Notes under the pieces: generated by a model
Databases searched by the model: none
What the model saw: the letters and a program-made list of their open reading frames with translations, nothing else
What the model was told of the DNA's origin: nothing
In this document: positions 38,453-49,132 of the stretch, piece after piece
Layout: every line of letters begins with the position of its first letter
Position numbering within the stretch: the stretch's first letter is position 1
Program-made: the position numbers and the translations under genes
Source of the DNA: Dehalococcoidia bacterium
GTDB lineage: Bacteria > Chloroflexota > Dehalococcoidia > Bin125
Length of the DNA: 64,000 nucleotides
Assembly (NCBI GenBank): GCA_963663895.2
Contig: CAXXRD010000002.1
Location: forward strand, 64,001-128,000
Direction of reading: 5' to 3'

Positions 38453-38508
38453 TCGCGCTCCGCGCTCCACCGGCAACCGGTACCCTGACTGCTCATGAGG
38501 AGATCGCA

Positions 38509-39900
38509 GTGAGCGCCTATCACCTCTGGACCGTCGGTTGCCAGGTCAACCAAGCCGACTCCGGCAAGCTCGCCGCCGGCCTCCGCCGCCTCGGCTGGGA
38601 TCCCACCGATCATCCCGCCGACGCCGACTTCATCGTCCTCAACACCTGCGCGGTCCGCGAGCACGCCGAGGAGCGCGCCGCGTCCAAGCTCGGGTCGCTC
38701 GCCCACCTCAAGCGCAAAAACCCCGCCCTCAAGATCGCCGTGATGGGCTGCATGGTCGGACCCAAGGACGACGCTCTCCGCCGACGCTTCCCCTACGTGG
38801 ACGTCTTCGCCCGTCCCCAGCATTTCGACGAGGTTCTCTCGGTCCTGGGCCTTCCCCCGGACGACCTCGGCGGCGAGTTCTGGCCCTCCGTCTTCCCGCA
38901 GAGCGACGGCCACTCCACCGCCTTCGTTCCCGTCATCGAAGGCTGCGACAAATTCTGCACCTACTGCATCGTCCCTCTCCGGCGTGGCCGCGAGCGCAGC
39001 CGCCCGATCGCCGCCGTGGTCCAGGAGGTCCGCACGCACGTCGCCCGCGGCGTCCGCGAGGTCACCCTCCTCGGACAAACCGTCGAGGCCTACGGCAAGG
39101 ACCAACCCCCGGTCGATCCCGCCACTGCCCACGCCGACCTCTTCGACCTCATGGCCGCCTGCCAGGAAATCTCCGGCCTGCACCGCATCCGCGCCCTCAC
39201 CTCGTACCCCCCCGACATGAGCGACCGCATCCTGGAAGGGATGGCCGCCCTTCCCAAGGTCTGCGAGTCCTTCTCGCTCCCCGTCCAATCCGGCGACGAC
39301 CCGCTGCTCGCCAGCATGCGCCGCGGCTATACCGTCGACCGCTTCCGCGACCGCATCAGGAAGGTCCGCGACTGCATGCCCGCAGTCGGCATCAGCACCG
39401 ACGTCATCGTCGGCTTCCCCGGTGAGAGCGACGCCCAGTTCCAAAATACCCACGACCTCCTCGCCGAGCTGCGCTTCGACAAGGTCCACGCCGCCGCCTA
39501 CAGCCCCCGTCCCGGCACCTTCGCCGCGCGCAAGCAACCCAACACCGTCCCCGATCACGTCAAGGCCGAGCGGCTCCAAGCCGTCGAAGCCCTGCAGGCC
39601 GCCATCGCCGCCCAGATCAACCGGCGGCTCGAAGGCCGCACCCTGCAAGTGCTCGTCGAGGAGATCAAGCCCGGCGAGGGCCAAGGCCAAGACGCCTCAC
39701 CCGCCAGGCGCTGCAGCGGCCGTACCCGGACCAACAAGCTCGTCCATTTCGACGCGCCCTCTCCGGCCCCTCCCGCCGGGGGCAGCAGGTCCGACGTGGC
39801 CGCGGGCGACCTGGTCGAGGTGGCCATCACCGGCTCCGGGCCCTGGTCCCTTCGCGGCGCGCTCGTACCCGACAGACGGCCCAGCGCCATGCGGGCCTGA
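38509..39900 (+). CDS. miaB: tRNA methylthiotransferase MiaB
   Basis: TVGCQVN.ADS, NTCAVRE.AE, radical SAM GCDKFCTYC and a TRAM domain. Confidence 0.93.
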   Translation: MSAYHLWTVGCQVNQADSGKLAAGLRRLGWDPTDHPADADFIVLNTCAVREHAEERAASKLGSLAHLKRKNPALKIAVMGCMVGPKDDALRRRFPYVDVFARPQHFDEVLSVLGLPPDDLGGEFWPSVFPQSDGHSTAFVPVIEGCDKFCTYCIVPLRRGRERSRPIAAVVQEVRTHVARGVREVTLLGQTVEAYGKDQPPVDPATAHADLFDLMAACQEISGLHRIRALTSYPPDMSDRILEGMAALPKVCESFSLPVQSGDDPLLASMRRGYTVDRFRDRIRKVRDCMPAVGISTDVIVGFPGESDAQFQNTHDLLAELRFDKVHAAAYSPRPGTFAARKQPNTVPDHVKAERLQAVEALQAAIAAQINRRLEGRTLQVLVEEIKPGEGQGQDASPARRCSGRTRTNKLVHFDAPSPAPPAGGSRSDVAAGDLVEVAITGSGPWSLRGALVPDRRPSAMRA

Positions 39901-39914
39901 TCTCGCAGAGGGAA

Positions 39915-40568
39915 ATGCCCCCCACCCAACCCACCGACCGCACCGTCGCCGTCCTCGTCGTCATCTTCACCGTCGCCGACGGCGCCCTGCAAGTCCTTCT
40001 CATCCAGCGCTCGGCGCCGCCCGATGAGGGCCGCTGGGCCATCCCCGGCGGCGCCCTCCGCCCCGACGAGGCGCTCGACGCCGCCGCCGTCCGCAAGCTC
40101 GCCGACGAAACCGGCGTCACCGACGTCTTCCTCGAACAGCTCTACACCTTCGACGGCCTCGACCCCGCCACTCCCACGACCACCGCCATCACCCACTTCG
40201 CCCTCGTCGACCATGCCCGCGTGCGCCTCCCCGAGCGTTCCGCCTGGCGGCCCGCCTGGTTCCCCATGGCCGCGCTCCCCGTCCTCGCTCTCCACAACGA
40301 CCGCGTCCTCGAAATCGCCCGCCGCCGCCTCATCAACAAGCTCGAATACACCAACGCCGCCTACAGCCTCCTGCCCGAGCACTTCCCCCTCTCCGACCTT
40401 CAAGCCGTCTACGAGAGCATCCTCGGCCGCCGGCTCGACAAGCGGAACTTCCGCCGCCGCATGCTCGCCTCCGGCCTCCTCGTGGCGACCGCCCGCACCG
40501 TGCAAGCCGGGCGGCACCGCCCCGCCCGCCTCTATCGCTTCGCCAGCCGTCTCCCGACCGAGCTCTGA
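39915..40568 (+). CDS. nrtR: Nudix-related transcriptional regulator NrtR
   Basis: Degenerate Nudix box (PGG..RPDE.L..AA.RKL.DETG, LEQLYTF) plus winged helix (F.LS.LQ.VYE.ILG..LDKRNFRR, RPARLYRF). Confidence 0.9.
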   Translation: MPPTQPTDRTVAVLVVIFTVADGALQVLLIQRSAPPDEGRWAIPGGALRPDEALDAAAVRKLADETGVTDVFLEQLYTFDGLDPATPTTTAITHFALVDHARVRLPERSAWRPAWFPMAALPVLALHNDRVLEIARRRLINKLEYTNAAYSLLPEHFPLSDLQAVYESILGRRLDKRNFRRRMLASGLLVATARTVQAGRHRPARLYRFASRLPTEL

Positions 40569-40600
40569 ATCGAAAATATAAAGAGTTGCAGTACCGAGAA

Positions 40601-41012
40601 TTACTGGCGAGTTCGGATTCCTTCAAACACGTAGAATTCGGTACCTCCGACCTTCTCGTCGTCTATGAAAATGTTGATACTGTAGTTGCCTTTTTCGACG
40701 ATATCTATCTTAGCATCACAAGCCAAATCACCTACGAAAAAAGGAGAGTCGCCATAAGTGTCAAGTGTTAGCGATGACGGCTTATTGAAACACTGTTTCT
40801 CCACTGGGAGCAGTTGCACTCATTCGTATTTCTATACTCCTTCCAGCGTCAGTCGGATCTACCCGAAAGTGCATGAGAACCGTAAAGGGAAGTTGAGCGA
40901 TGGGGAACTCAGACGGCGGGATGATCAGAGAAGTAAAGAGTTTTTCGATATTCCACATCCTGTCTTCGGTCTGTTCTGCACTCTTGGCTGTGATTGCCCA
41001 GATAAGCTCCAT
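40601..41012 (-). pseudogene. Low-GC beta-rich small protein (DUF6941-like) split by one frameshift near 40790
   Basis: MELIWAITAKSAE...APSGETVF joins NKP...GNYSINIFIDDEKVG; RBS ggaaagga. Confidence 0.55.
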
Positions 41013-41155
41013 GACTTCCTTTCCTGATGAATCTGCACAGATCGAGCCCACTCTACTAGGTCCTGCGCATCCCCACTGACTTTCCCGCCTACACCGGCCA
41101 GAACCCGTTTTCATCAAAGCCGATGGTGAACCCATCAAAGACACCAAGCTGGGTT

Positions 41156-42460
41156 TCAGGACGCCATCCAGCCGTTCTTCGCGTTCAGGCGGCGGAGGCC
41201 GGAGAGCGTGTAGGTATTGCTCTTGGCGCGGTTGCAGGGGCCGCAGAGCAGGATGCGATTCGAGATGTGGTTGAGGCCAGCCGTCGGAGCGCGGCGTGTT
41301 GTGGTCGAGTTCGAGGTAGCGCGAGTCGTCGAAGACGCGGTCGCAGCCCTGACACTTCGGGCCATGTTGCCGGAGCAGAAAAATCGTACATTTCCGCGCG
41401 GGCTCATCTTCGGACCGCCCGGTTCTGCGTGCCGTTCAGTGACTTGGAGAAACGGCACAGCCTCTTGGCCGTCGTCGGTTCGTTGAGGCGGCGTGGATTC
41501 GTAGTGGATCACGGGGATATCAGTGAGAAGTTGGCGATTGTCCTCCATGCGCTGGCGAACAATGGCGTGTGCTTTATCCCAAAGGTCGATACCGACCCAC
41601 TGGCGCTCTAACCGCTCAGCGGCAATAGGTGTCGTCGCGCAACCGCAGAATGGATCGAGAACGATATCGCCTGGATTTGAGGATGCTCGAACGATCCGTT
41701 CGTACAGCGCAAGGGGCTTCTGGGTGGGGTAGCCTAGCCGCTCCTTGGCAGAAGGAGCGACAAATGGAATTTGCCAAACATCATTCTCCCGAACGCCTTT
41801 ATCATTTACTTCGCTATCACTTACGAGATACGGCTCCTCTCCCTTCTTGAAACGATGCAGTACACCTTGCTCCTTTCGCTCCTTAGAGCCCTTCGTATAT
41901 TTGGTATAAATGGGATTGAATGTGTAACTCTCAGATTTTGCGTAGAACAAGATTAAATCGTGCAGCCTCTGAAATCTCTTAGCCTTTCCTGTCCATCGCC
42001 GATAGTGCCACACAATCTCATTTACGAAATTCTTTCGACCAAATATGGCGTCCATCAACTCTTTGAGATAATGGCTAGCCGTTGGATCGCAATGTAGGTA
42101 GATGCTGCCATCGTCACGAAGAACACGGTGCATTTCCAGCAGCCGCACCCCCATGAAGCAAAGAAATGCGCCCATATCGTCGCCGTACGACTGGCGCGAG
42201 CCGTTGATCACGTTCATCACCTTGGGCCAGTCGTCGGTGATCTGATCGACCCACTCCCCCTCCACGTCATCTTCCCAGCTCCAGCGATCTTGAAACCTGG
42301 CACCAGCAGCGAGGCTGTCAGGCGTCGCGTGAAAGTCGCGTCCCTTGTTGAACGGTGGATCGGTCGCGATCAGGTGCACCGTGCCGCTGTTCATCCCTCG
42401 GAGAACGTCCAGGTTGTCCCCGTGGTACAGGGTACGGTTCTGGAAGTTGACCTCTGCCAT
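41156..42460 (-). CDS. Beta-class N4/N6 DNA methyltransferase with a C-terminal HNH domain (indels in the HNH part)
   Basis: GDNL, DPPF, YPTQKP and DPFCGCATT; across frames CQGC...LELDHNTPRSDG.LNHISNRILLCGPCNRAKS. Confidence 0.85.
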   Translation of the reverse strand: MAEVNFQNRTLYHGDNLDVLRGMNSGTVHLIATDPPFNKGRDFHATPDSLAAGARFQDRWSWEDDVEGEWVDQITDDWPKVMNVINGSRQSYGDDMGAFLCFMGVRLLEMHRVLRDDGSIYLHCDPTASHYLKELMDAIFGRKNFVNEIVWHYRRWTGKAKRFQRLHDLILFYAKSESYTFNPIYTKYTKGSKERKEQGVLHRFKKGEEPYLVSDSEVNDKGVRENDVWQIPFVAPSAKERLGYPTQKPLALYERIVRASSNPGDIVLDPFCGCATTPIAAERLERQWVGIDLWDKAHAIVRQRMEDNRQLLTDIPVIHYESTPPQRTDDGQEAVPFLQVTERHAEPGGPKMSPRGNVRFFCSGNMARSVRAATASSTTRATSNSTTTRRAPTAGLNHISNRILLCGPCNRAKSNTYTLSGLRRLNAKNGWMAS

Positions 42461-42545
42461 TCCCTCGCTCCTGCTAGCCGGTCCTATCACGCCGTTGGAG
42501 AAACGAGAAACGTGCTCGCGATATGCCGCACGACGACGCCAGCGA

Positions 42546-43319
42546 TCAGCGATTCTTGAGCCGCGGGGGGCGCTTCTCCAGGAACGCTTGGATCCGCTCC
42601 TGGGCGTCGTAGGACTGCGACGATCCGGCCATCACCTCCACCGCGTGCGCATACGCTTTTGGCTGCTCCATGTCGATCGAGGCGTAAAACGCCGCCTTCC
42701 CCAGCCCCTTGGAGAAAGCGCTGCCGCGCGTGGCCCGCTTCAGCAGCGCCTCGCTCTCCGCCTCCAGCTCCTCCAGCGGCACCACGTAGTTCACCAAGCC
42801 CCACTGCAAGGCCGTCTCCGCGTCGATCGGGTCGCCCGTCATCAGCATCTCCAGGGCTCGCTTGCGGCCCACATTGCGGCTCAGCGGCACCATCGGCGTG
42901 AAGCAGAACCAACCTCCGGCGCCGCCCGGCGTCTGGAAGCGCGCGGTGCTGGAGGCCACCGCCAGGTCCGCGCTCCCCACCAGCTGGCAGCCCGCCGCCG
43001 TCGCCAGTCCCTGCACCCGCGCCAGCAGCGGCTGCGGCGCCCGCTGCATCGCGCCGTGCAACTCGGCCGACAGCAGCAGCAGATCGCGCACATCCTTCAG
43101 GTCGTGCCCGGCGATCTCGTGAAAGTCGTGCCCCGCCGAAAAGACCGGCCCGTTCCCCGCGAGGATGACGCCGCGCGCGTCGCCGGCGGCCGTCTCGTTC
43201 AGCGCCTCCGTAATCTCCCGCATCATCGCGCTGGAGAGCGCATTGCGGCGCTCGGGCCGGTTCATCGTGATCGTGACGAAGTCGTCCTCGCGCGCAACCA
43301 GGATCTCCCGATAGGCCAT
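42546..43319 (-). CDS. Enoyl-CoA hydratase/isomerase family protein
   Basis: NRPERRNALS, FSAGHD, ATAAGCQLV, TG.PIDA..AL.WGLVN. Confidence 0.92.
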   Translation of the reverse strand: MAYREILVAREDDFVTITMNRPERRNALSSAMMREITEALNETAAGDARGVILAGNGPVFSAGHDFHEIAGHDLKDVRDLLLLSAELHGAMQRAPQPLLARVQGLATAAGCQLVGSADLAVASSTARFQTPGGAGGWFCFTPMVPLSRNVGRKRALEMLMTGDPIDAETALQWGLVNYVVPLEELEAESEALLKRATRGSAFSKGLGKAAFYASIDMEQPKAYAHAVEVMAGSSQSYDAQERIQAFLEKRPPRLKNR

Positions 43320-43380
43320 GCCACATTCCCCCTTCGAGCTACGCGCGCATCATAAGCCCGCGCTTCGCCGAGCGCCCGAC

Positions 43381-43456
43381 TTCGTGTCGGCTTGACGCGA
43401 ACTCCCGCGATCGGCCACACTGATCGCCCGACTTCGTGTCATTTTGACACGAAGTC
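43381..43456. promoter_or_regulatory. Tandem NrtR operators upstream of nadA
   Basis: TTCGTGTCggcTTGACgCGAA (43381-43401) and the perfect dyad GACTTCGTGTCA-ttt-TGACACGAAGTC (43430-43456); both have the GT-N7-AC core. Confidence 0.85.
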
Positions 43457-43547
43457 ATGAGCGCTTCTCCCGGATCCGTCGGCGCCGAACGGCCCGCTGC
43501 CGATCCCGGCCGCGAAGAGGCGCCGCAAGCGAGAGGGACGCACAAGC

Positions 43548-44768
43548 ATGCGAGCACCGCTCGAAGAGCTGACCACCAGCTTCCAACCCCAGCGCCTTCC
43601 CCCCGACCTTCCCGACGCGGACTGCGAGAGCGGCATCGCCACGGTCCCCCTCGTCGAAGAGCCACACCGTCCCGCCTGGCAGCCCGATATCCCCGATCGC
43701 TACCTCGATCTTCCCCCCGAGGAGCTCGTCGCCCGCGTCAAGCGCGCCCGCCGCATCCTCGGCGAGCGGCTCGTCATCCTCGGCCACCACTATCAGCGCG
43801 ACGACGTCATCCAGTTCGCCGATTTCCGCGGCGACTCCTTCAAGCTCTGCCGCGAAGCCGCCGCCCGCGACGGCGCCGAGTTCATCGTCTTCTGCGGCGT
43901 GCACTTCATGGCCGAGGGCGCGGACATCCTCACCCGCCCAGAGCAAACCGTCATCCTGCCCAATCTCGCCGCCGGCTGCTCCATGGCCGACATGGCCGAC
44001 CCCGGCGACGTCTACGCCGCCTGGGAGGATCTTGGAGAGGCCGTCCCCGGCGGGAGCACGATCCCGATCACCTACATGAACTCCGCCGCCTCCCTGAAAG
44101 GCTTCGTGGGCCGCAACGGCGGCGCCGTGTGCACCTCCTCCAACGCCAGCGCCGCCCTCCGCTGGGCCTTGGCCCGCGCCGACCGTGTCTTCTTTTTCCC
44201 GGACCAGCATCTCGGCCGCAACACCGCCAAGAAGCTCGGCATCGACATCGCCACCGAAACCGCCATCTGGAATCCGCGCAAGCGCTGCGGCGGCCTCAGC
44301 CGCGAACAGATCGCCCGCGCCAAGGTCCTGCTCTGGCAGGGCCATTGCTCGGTGCACATCCGCTTCAAGGTCGAGCAGATCGAAAAGGCGCGCGCGGAAT
44401 ACCCCGGCGTGCGCGTGGTCGTGCACCCCGAGTGCACGCAGGCGGTCGTCGACGCCGCCGACGCCGACGGATCCACCGAGCAGATCATCCGCTACGTGCA
44501 GGACGGCCCGCCCGGCGTCTACGCCATCGGCACCGAGATCAACCTCGTCCATCGCCTCGCCCAAGAGGTCCGCGACCAAGGCAAGCAGGTCTTCTGCCTC
44601 GATCCCGTCGTCTGCCCCTGCTCCACCATGTACCGCATCCATCCCGCCTACCTCGCCTGGGTCACCGAGGCCCTCGTCGACGGCCACGTGCCCAATCGCA
44701 TCCGCGTCGACGACGAGACGCGCGCCCACGCTCTCGTCGCCCTCGAGCGTATGCTGGCGATCACCTAG
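43548..44768 (+). CDS. nadA: Quinolinate synthase
   Basis: ILGHHYQ, GDS, FCGVHFMAE, AGCSMADM, YMNS, CTSSN, HCSVH, HPEC, CPCSTM. Confidence 0.96.
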   Translation: MRAPLEELTTSFQPQRLPPDLPDADCESGIATVPLVEEPHRPAWQPDIPDRYLDLPPEELVARVKRARRILGERLVILGHHYQRDDVIQFADFRGDSFKLCREAAARDGAEFIVFCGVHFMAEGADILTRPEQTVILPNLAAGCSMADMADPGDVYAAWEDLGEAVPGGSTIPITYMNSAASLKGFVGRNGGAVCTSSNASAALRWALARADRVFFFPDQHLGRNTAKKLGIDIATETAIWNPRKRCGGLSREQIARAKVLLWQGHCSVHIRFKVEQIEKARAEYPGVRVVVHPECTQAVVDAADADGSTEQIIRYVQDGPPGVYAIGTEINLVHRLAQEVRDQGKQVFCLDPVVCPCSTMYRIHPAYLAWVTEALVDGHVPNRIRVDDETRAHALVALERMLAIT

Positions 44769-44782
44769 CCCCGCGGAGCGGC

Positions 44783-46308
44783 ATGCCGTACGACTACCTC
44801 GTCCTGGGCTCCGGGATCGCCGGGCTGTACGCCGCCCTCCTCGCGGCGAAGCACGGATCCGTCTGCGTCCTGAGCAAAGGGTCGATCACCGAGTCCAACA
44901 GCGCCCGCGCCCAGGGCGGCATCGCCGCCGCCATCGGCCCCGGCGACAGTCCCGCCCAGCACCGCGAAGACACCCTCCGCGCCGGCGCCGGCCTCTGCGA
45001 CCCCGCCGCCGTCGAGGTGCTCGTCCAAGAAGCCCCCTCCCATATCCGCACGCTCATCGAACTCGGCGTTCCCTTCGACACGACCCAGGGCGCCGTCGCC
45101 CTCGGGCGGGAGGGCGCTCACAGCGCTCCCCGAATCCTCCACGCGGGCGGCGACCGCACCGGCGCCGCCATTGAGCGCGTCATGGTCGAGCGCGCCACCG
45201 AAGCCGGCGTCACCCTCCTCGACAATCACACCGTTACCGCCTTACTCGTCGAGCAGGGCCGCTGCCGCGGCGTGCACGCCCGCTCCGCCGCCGACGAGCA
45301 GCGCACCGTCGCCGCAACCCGGACCATTCTCGCCACCGGCGGCGGCGGCCAGCTCTACACCCTGACCACCAACTCGCCCCTCGCGACCGGGGACGGCATC
45401 GCCCTCGCCTTCCAAGCCGGCGCCGTGGTCCGCGATATGGAATTCGTCCAGTTCCACCCCACCGCACTGGCCCTCCCCGGCGCGCGCGCCTTCCTCATCT
45501 CCGAGGCCTTGCGCGGCGAAGGCGCGCAACTCCTCGCCAGCGACGGCCGCCGCTTCATGCCCCACTACCACCCAGACGCCGAGCTCGCCCCCCGGGACGT
45601 CGTCGCCCGCGCCATCATCGCCGAGATGCAGCGCACCGACAGCGACCACGTCCTCCTCGACATCAGCCACCGCGATCCCGCCTTCGTGGCCGCCCGCTTC
45701 CCCGGGCATCTACCAGCACTGCCTCCGCCACGAGCTCGATATCACCCGCACGCCCGCCCCCGTGGCCCCCGCCGCTCACTACCTCATGGGCGGCGTTCTC
45801 ACCGATACCAGGGGACGCACCACGGTGCCGGGCTTGCTGGCCTGCGGCGAGGTCGCCAACACCGGCATCCACGGCGCCAACCGCCTCGCCTCCAACTCTC
45901 TCTTGGAAACCATCGTCTTCTCCCAACGCGCCGTGGCAGGCACGCTCGACCAAGAGACGAGCGCCGCGCTTCCCGTCCCGGCCGACACGCGGCCACTCGA
46001 TCCGCACGACACCGCTCCGCCCGACCGCGTCACGCTGCAAACCCTGCTCGGGGACCACGCCGGCATCATCCGCGACGGCCACGGTCTCCGCGCGGCCCGC
46101 CGCCGTGATCGACTCCTGGCCCACCGCCAGCGGCCAACCCGCTACGCTCACCGCCATGGAGCTCCGCAACATGGCGACCGTCGCCCGCCTGATCCTGCGC
46201 GCCGCGCTCGACCGGCGCGAGAGCCGCGGCGCCCATTACCGCAGCGACTATCCGCAGCCCGCATCGCACTGGCAACGGCGCCTCAGCTACCGCCGCTCCT
46301 CCTCCTAA
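44783..46308 (+). pseudogene. nadB: L-aspartate oxidase with two +1 frameshifts (~45705 and ~46096); may be an assembly error
   Basis: GSGIAGL, AQGGIAA, REGAHS..RILH, QFHPT, ELAPRDVVAR / AAHYLMGG, HGANRLASNSL / ESRGAHYRSD occur in three successive frames. Confidence 0.88.
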
Positions 46309-46316
46309 ATACGCTC

Positions 46317-47231
46317 GTGTCCAACTCCGATCCCGTCCCGTCCGAACCCGCCGCGCTCGACCGCATCACCCTGCGGCGGCTCGTCCAGACCGCCCTGGAC
46401 GAGGACGGCGCCAACCAAGACCTCACCACCAACGCGCTCGTCCCCCCGAACCAACTTGGCCGCGCTCGCATCGTCGCCAAGCAGCCGGGCGTGATCTGTG
46501 GTCTCAGCTTCGGCCAAGAGACCTACCACGTCGTCGAGCCCCGGGTGCAATGGATGGCCGCGGTGATCGAAGGGATGGAGGTCGCCCCTGGAGCGACGAT
46601 CGCGCACCTGGCCGGACCCGTTCACCCCATGCTGCGCGGCGAGCGCACCGCCCTCAACTTCCTCCAACGCCTTTCCGGCATCGCGACGTTGACGCGCGAG
46701 GCCGTCGCGCGCATCGCCCACACCGACGCCAAGATCCTCGACACGCGCAAGACCAGTCCCGGCCTGCGCGTCGCTGAGCGCTACGCCGTTCGCGTCGGCG
46801 GCGGCCTCAACCACCGCTTCAATCTCACTGCCGGCCTGCTCGTGAAAGACAATCACCTCGCCGCCTGGCGCGCCCGCGGCGGCTCCCTCGCCGCGGCGAC
46901 CCGCGCCGCCGTCGCGGCGGCAGGTCCCGCCACCGCAGTGGAGATCGAAGTCACGACCCTCAGCGAAGTGGAGGAGGCGCTCGCCGCCGGCGCGCCCGCG
47001 CTCCTGCTCGACAACCTCGATCCCAGCGCCATGGCGCAGGCGGTCGCGCGCGCCAAGCAGGCCGGCGCGCTCACCGAGGCCAGCGGCAACATCACCTTGG
47101 AGAACGTCGCCGCCGTCGCCGAGTCCGGCGTCGACTTCATCTCGCTGGGCGCCCTCACCCACTCCGCCCCGGCGCTGGACCTCTCCTTCCAGCTAGACCC
47201 CGACGCCGACCAAGACGTCCGCCCGAGCTAA
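46317..47231 (+). CDS. nadC: Quinolinate phosphoribosyltransferase
   Basis: ER.ALNFLQ.LSGIAT, DTRKT.PG.R, NHR..L, KDNH, EIEV, LLDN, EASGNIT. Confidence 0.95.
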   Translation: MSNSDPVPSEPAALDRITLRRLVQTALDEDGANQDLTTNALVPPNQLGRARIVAKQPGVICGLSFGQETYHVVEPRVQWMAAVIEGMEVAPGATIAHLAGPVHPMLRGERTALNFLQRLSGIATLTREAVARIAHTDAKILDTRKTSPGLRVAERYAVRVGGGLNHRFNLTAGLLVKDNHLAAWRARGGSLAAATRAAVAAAGPATAVEIEVTTLSEVEEALAAGAPALLLDNLDPSAMAQAVARAKQAGALTEASGNITLENVAAVAESGVDFISLGALTHSAPALDLSFQLDPDADQDVRPS

Positions 47232-47698
47232 GCCCCACCACGCCGCGGCCGCTCCAGATCCGCGGAGTCCAGCACGATCGTCACCGGCCCATCGTTCGCC
47301 AGCCGCACCAGCATCTTGGCACCGAACCGCCCCCGCGCCACACGCACGCCCTGCTCCTCCAGCGCGGCCGCATAGCGCTCCACCAGCCCCGCCGCGATCG
47401 CGGGATCCGCCGCTTTCGTAAAAGAGGGGCGCCGCCCCTTGCGGACGTCCGCCAGCAGCGTGAACTGGCTGATCACCAACGCCTCGCCACCCAGATCCAA
47501 CAGCGCCCGGTTGAACTTGCCCGCCGCGTCGGCGAAAACCCGCAGTTCCGCCGTCTTCGCCGCCAAGGCCTCCGCCTGCTCGGACCCGTCGCCCGCACCC
47601 ACTCCCACCAGCGCCACGAACCCTTGCTGGATGGCGCCCACCACCCCCCCCTCCACCGAAACCGAGGCCTCGGTGACGCGCTGCAACACGACCCGCAT
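47228..47698 (-). CDS. dtd: D-aminoacyl-tRNA deacylase
   Basis: [26 protein letters not shown]. Confidence 0.97.
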   Translation of the reverse strand: MRVVLQRVTEASVSVEGGVVGAIQQGFVALVGVGAGDGSEQAEALAAKTAELRVFADAAGKFNRALLDLGGEALVISQFTLLADVRKGRRPSFTKAADPAIAAGLVERYAAALEEQGVRVARGRFGAKMLVRLANDGPVTIVLDSADLERPRRGGA

Positions 47699-47756
47699 AG
47701 CCGGAGCCTAGCGGCGCGCAGGTCCCGCTGCACGCCGTACGACCAAGCCAGCCCAA

Positions 47757-48095
47757 CTAGCCCTTCGACTTGCCCCTGGACGTACTCGCCGCCGAGCTCT
47801 TCGCCCGATCCGGCGATCCGCTCTTCGACGCGACCGGCTCCGCTTTGGGCTTGGTCTCGGGCGCCTTCATCTCCGGCGATGACTTTCCGTCCTCGGATTT
47901 GCTCCCCGAGCCGTGCTGCTTCGTCCGGCTATCCGTCTTATAGAAGCCCGTCCCTTTGAAAACGATCGCCGGCGCTACTGGAATCCGCCGGGACGGTCCC
48001 TCGCACTCCCGACAGGCCTGCTCCACCGGGGCATCGAACCCCTCGGCCTTCTCGTATACGTGCCCAGCGGTGCACTCGTAGGTATAGCGCGGCAC
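47757..48095 (-). CDS. FmdB-family zinc-ribbon protein
   Basis: MP.Y.YEC..GH..E...C.EC...I.FKG.GFY.TD. Confidence 0.9.
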   Translation of the reverse strand: MPRYTYECTAGHVYEKAEGFDAPVEQACRECEGPSRRIPVAPAIVFKGTGFYKTDSRTKQHGSGSKSEDGKSSPEMKAPETKPKAEPVASKSGSPDRAKSSAASTSRGKSKG

Positions 48096-48364
48096 TCGTG
48101 GCTCCTGCGTGCGTCCGAATCCCGGGGCGACCAGCCTAACAACAGCGTCCGCCCACCAGCAATAACGTCGGGAACGGCCGCGGCCGCGTCTCTCCCTTGG
48201 CTAGTTTCCCGGATCGTCCCTCTTGATTGCTTGCCTCCGTGCGCCCTGCCTATACTGGCCTCTCGGAGAGGGTCCCTGGTCCGTGGCGCGCGCGGCCGGT
48301 GACGGCCGCTTTTTCTTGCGCGCAAGCGCGCACCGCGGAACGCCTCAGCGAACGCAGGAGGGCA

Positions 48365-49117
48365 ATGGCTGACCTACCAACCATGAAGGAGCTCTTGGAG
48401 GGCGGCGTCCACTTTGGACACCAGACCCAGCGCTGGAATCCCAAGATGAAGCCATTCATCCACTCCGCCCGCAACGGCATCCACATCCTCGACCTCGCTC
48501 AAACCGTTCAGCTCCTCCACAGCGCCGTCAACTTCGTCCGCCAGACCGCCGCCGAGGGCGACGACATCCTCTTCGTCGGCACCAAGAAACAGGCGCAGGA
48601 GCTCATCAAAGCTGAGGCCGAGCGCTGCCAGATGCCCTACGTCATCAACCGCTGGCTCGGCGGCACGCTCACGAACTGGCAAACGATCCAGACACGCATC
48701 AGCTACATGCAGCGACTTGAGCGCCTGGAGTTCGCCGACGGCTTCGACGCGCTGCCCAAAAAAGAAGCCCTGCGCCGCCGCGATGAGCTCCGCCGTCTCC
48801 GCCGCTATCTCGGCGGACTCCACGACATGACCCGTCTGCCCGGCGCCCTCTTCATCGTCGACGTCCCAAGGGAGAACATCGCCGTTCTCGAGGCCAACCG
48901 CCTCGGCATCCCCATCGTCGCCGTGTGCGACACCAACTGTGACCCCACCCCAATCGCCTACCCCATCCCCTCCAATGACGACGCCTTCCGCGCTATTGGC
49001 ATGATCACCACCCAGATTGCCGATGCCGCGGTAGAGGGGCGCGCCGCGGCCGAGTCCGCGCAGGTCGATGAAGCCGTCAGCGAGATCGCCGAGCCCGTCC
49101 CCGCCGGTTCCGCCTAG
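48365..49117 (+). CDS. rpsB: 30S ribosomal protein S2
   Basis: [39 protein letters not shown]. Confidence 0.98.
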   Translation: MADLPTMKELLEGGVHFGHQTQRWNPKMKPFIHSARNGIHILDLAQTVQLLHSAVNFVRQTAAEGDDILFVGTKKQAQELIKAEAERCQMPYVINRWLGGTLTNWQTIQTRISYMQRLERLEFADGFDALPKKEALRRRDELRRLRRYLGGLHDMTRLPGALFIVDVPRENIAVLEANRLGIPIVAVCDTNCDPTPIAYPIPSNDDAFRAIGMITTQIADAAVEGRAAAESAQVDEAVSEIAEPVPAGSA

Positions 49118-49132
49118 CCAGAGGGAGTCGCA

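Noticed and set aside
43457-47231. 883-aa and 489-aa ORFs suggesting NadA-NadB or NadB-NadC fusions
   Set aside because: These are artefacts of GC-rich open frames and the nadB frameshifts. Each gene has its own start and stop once corrected.
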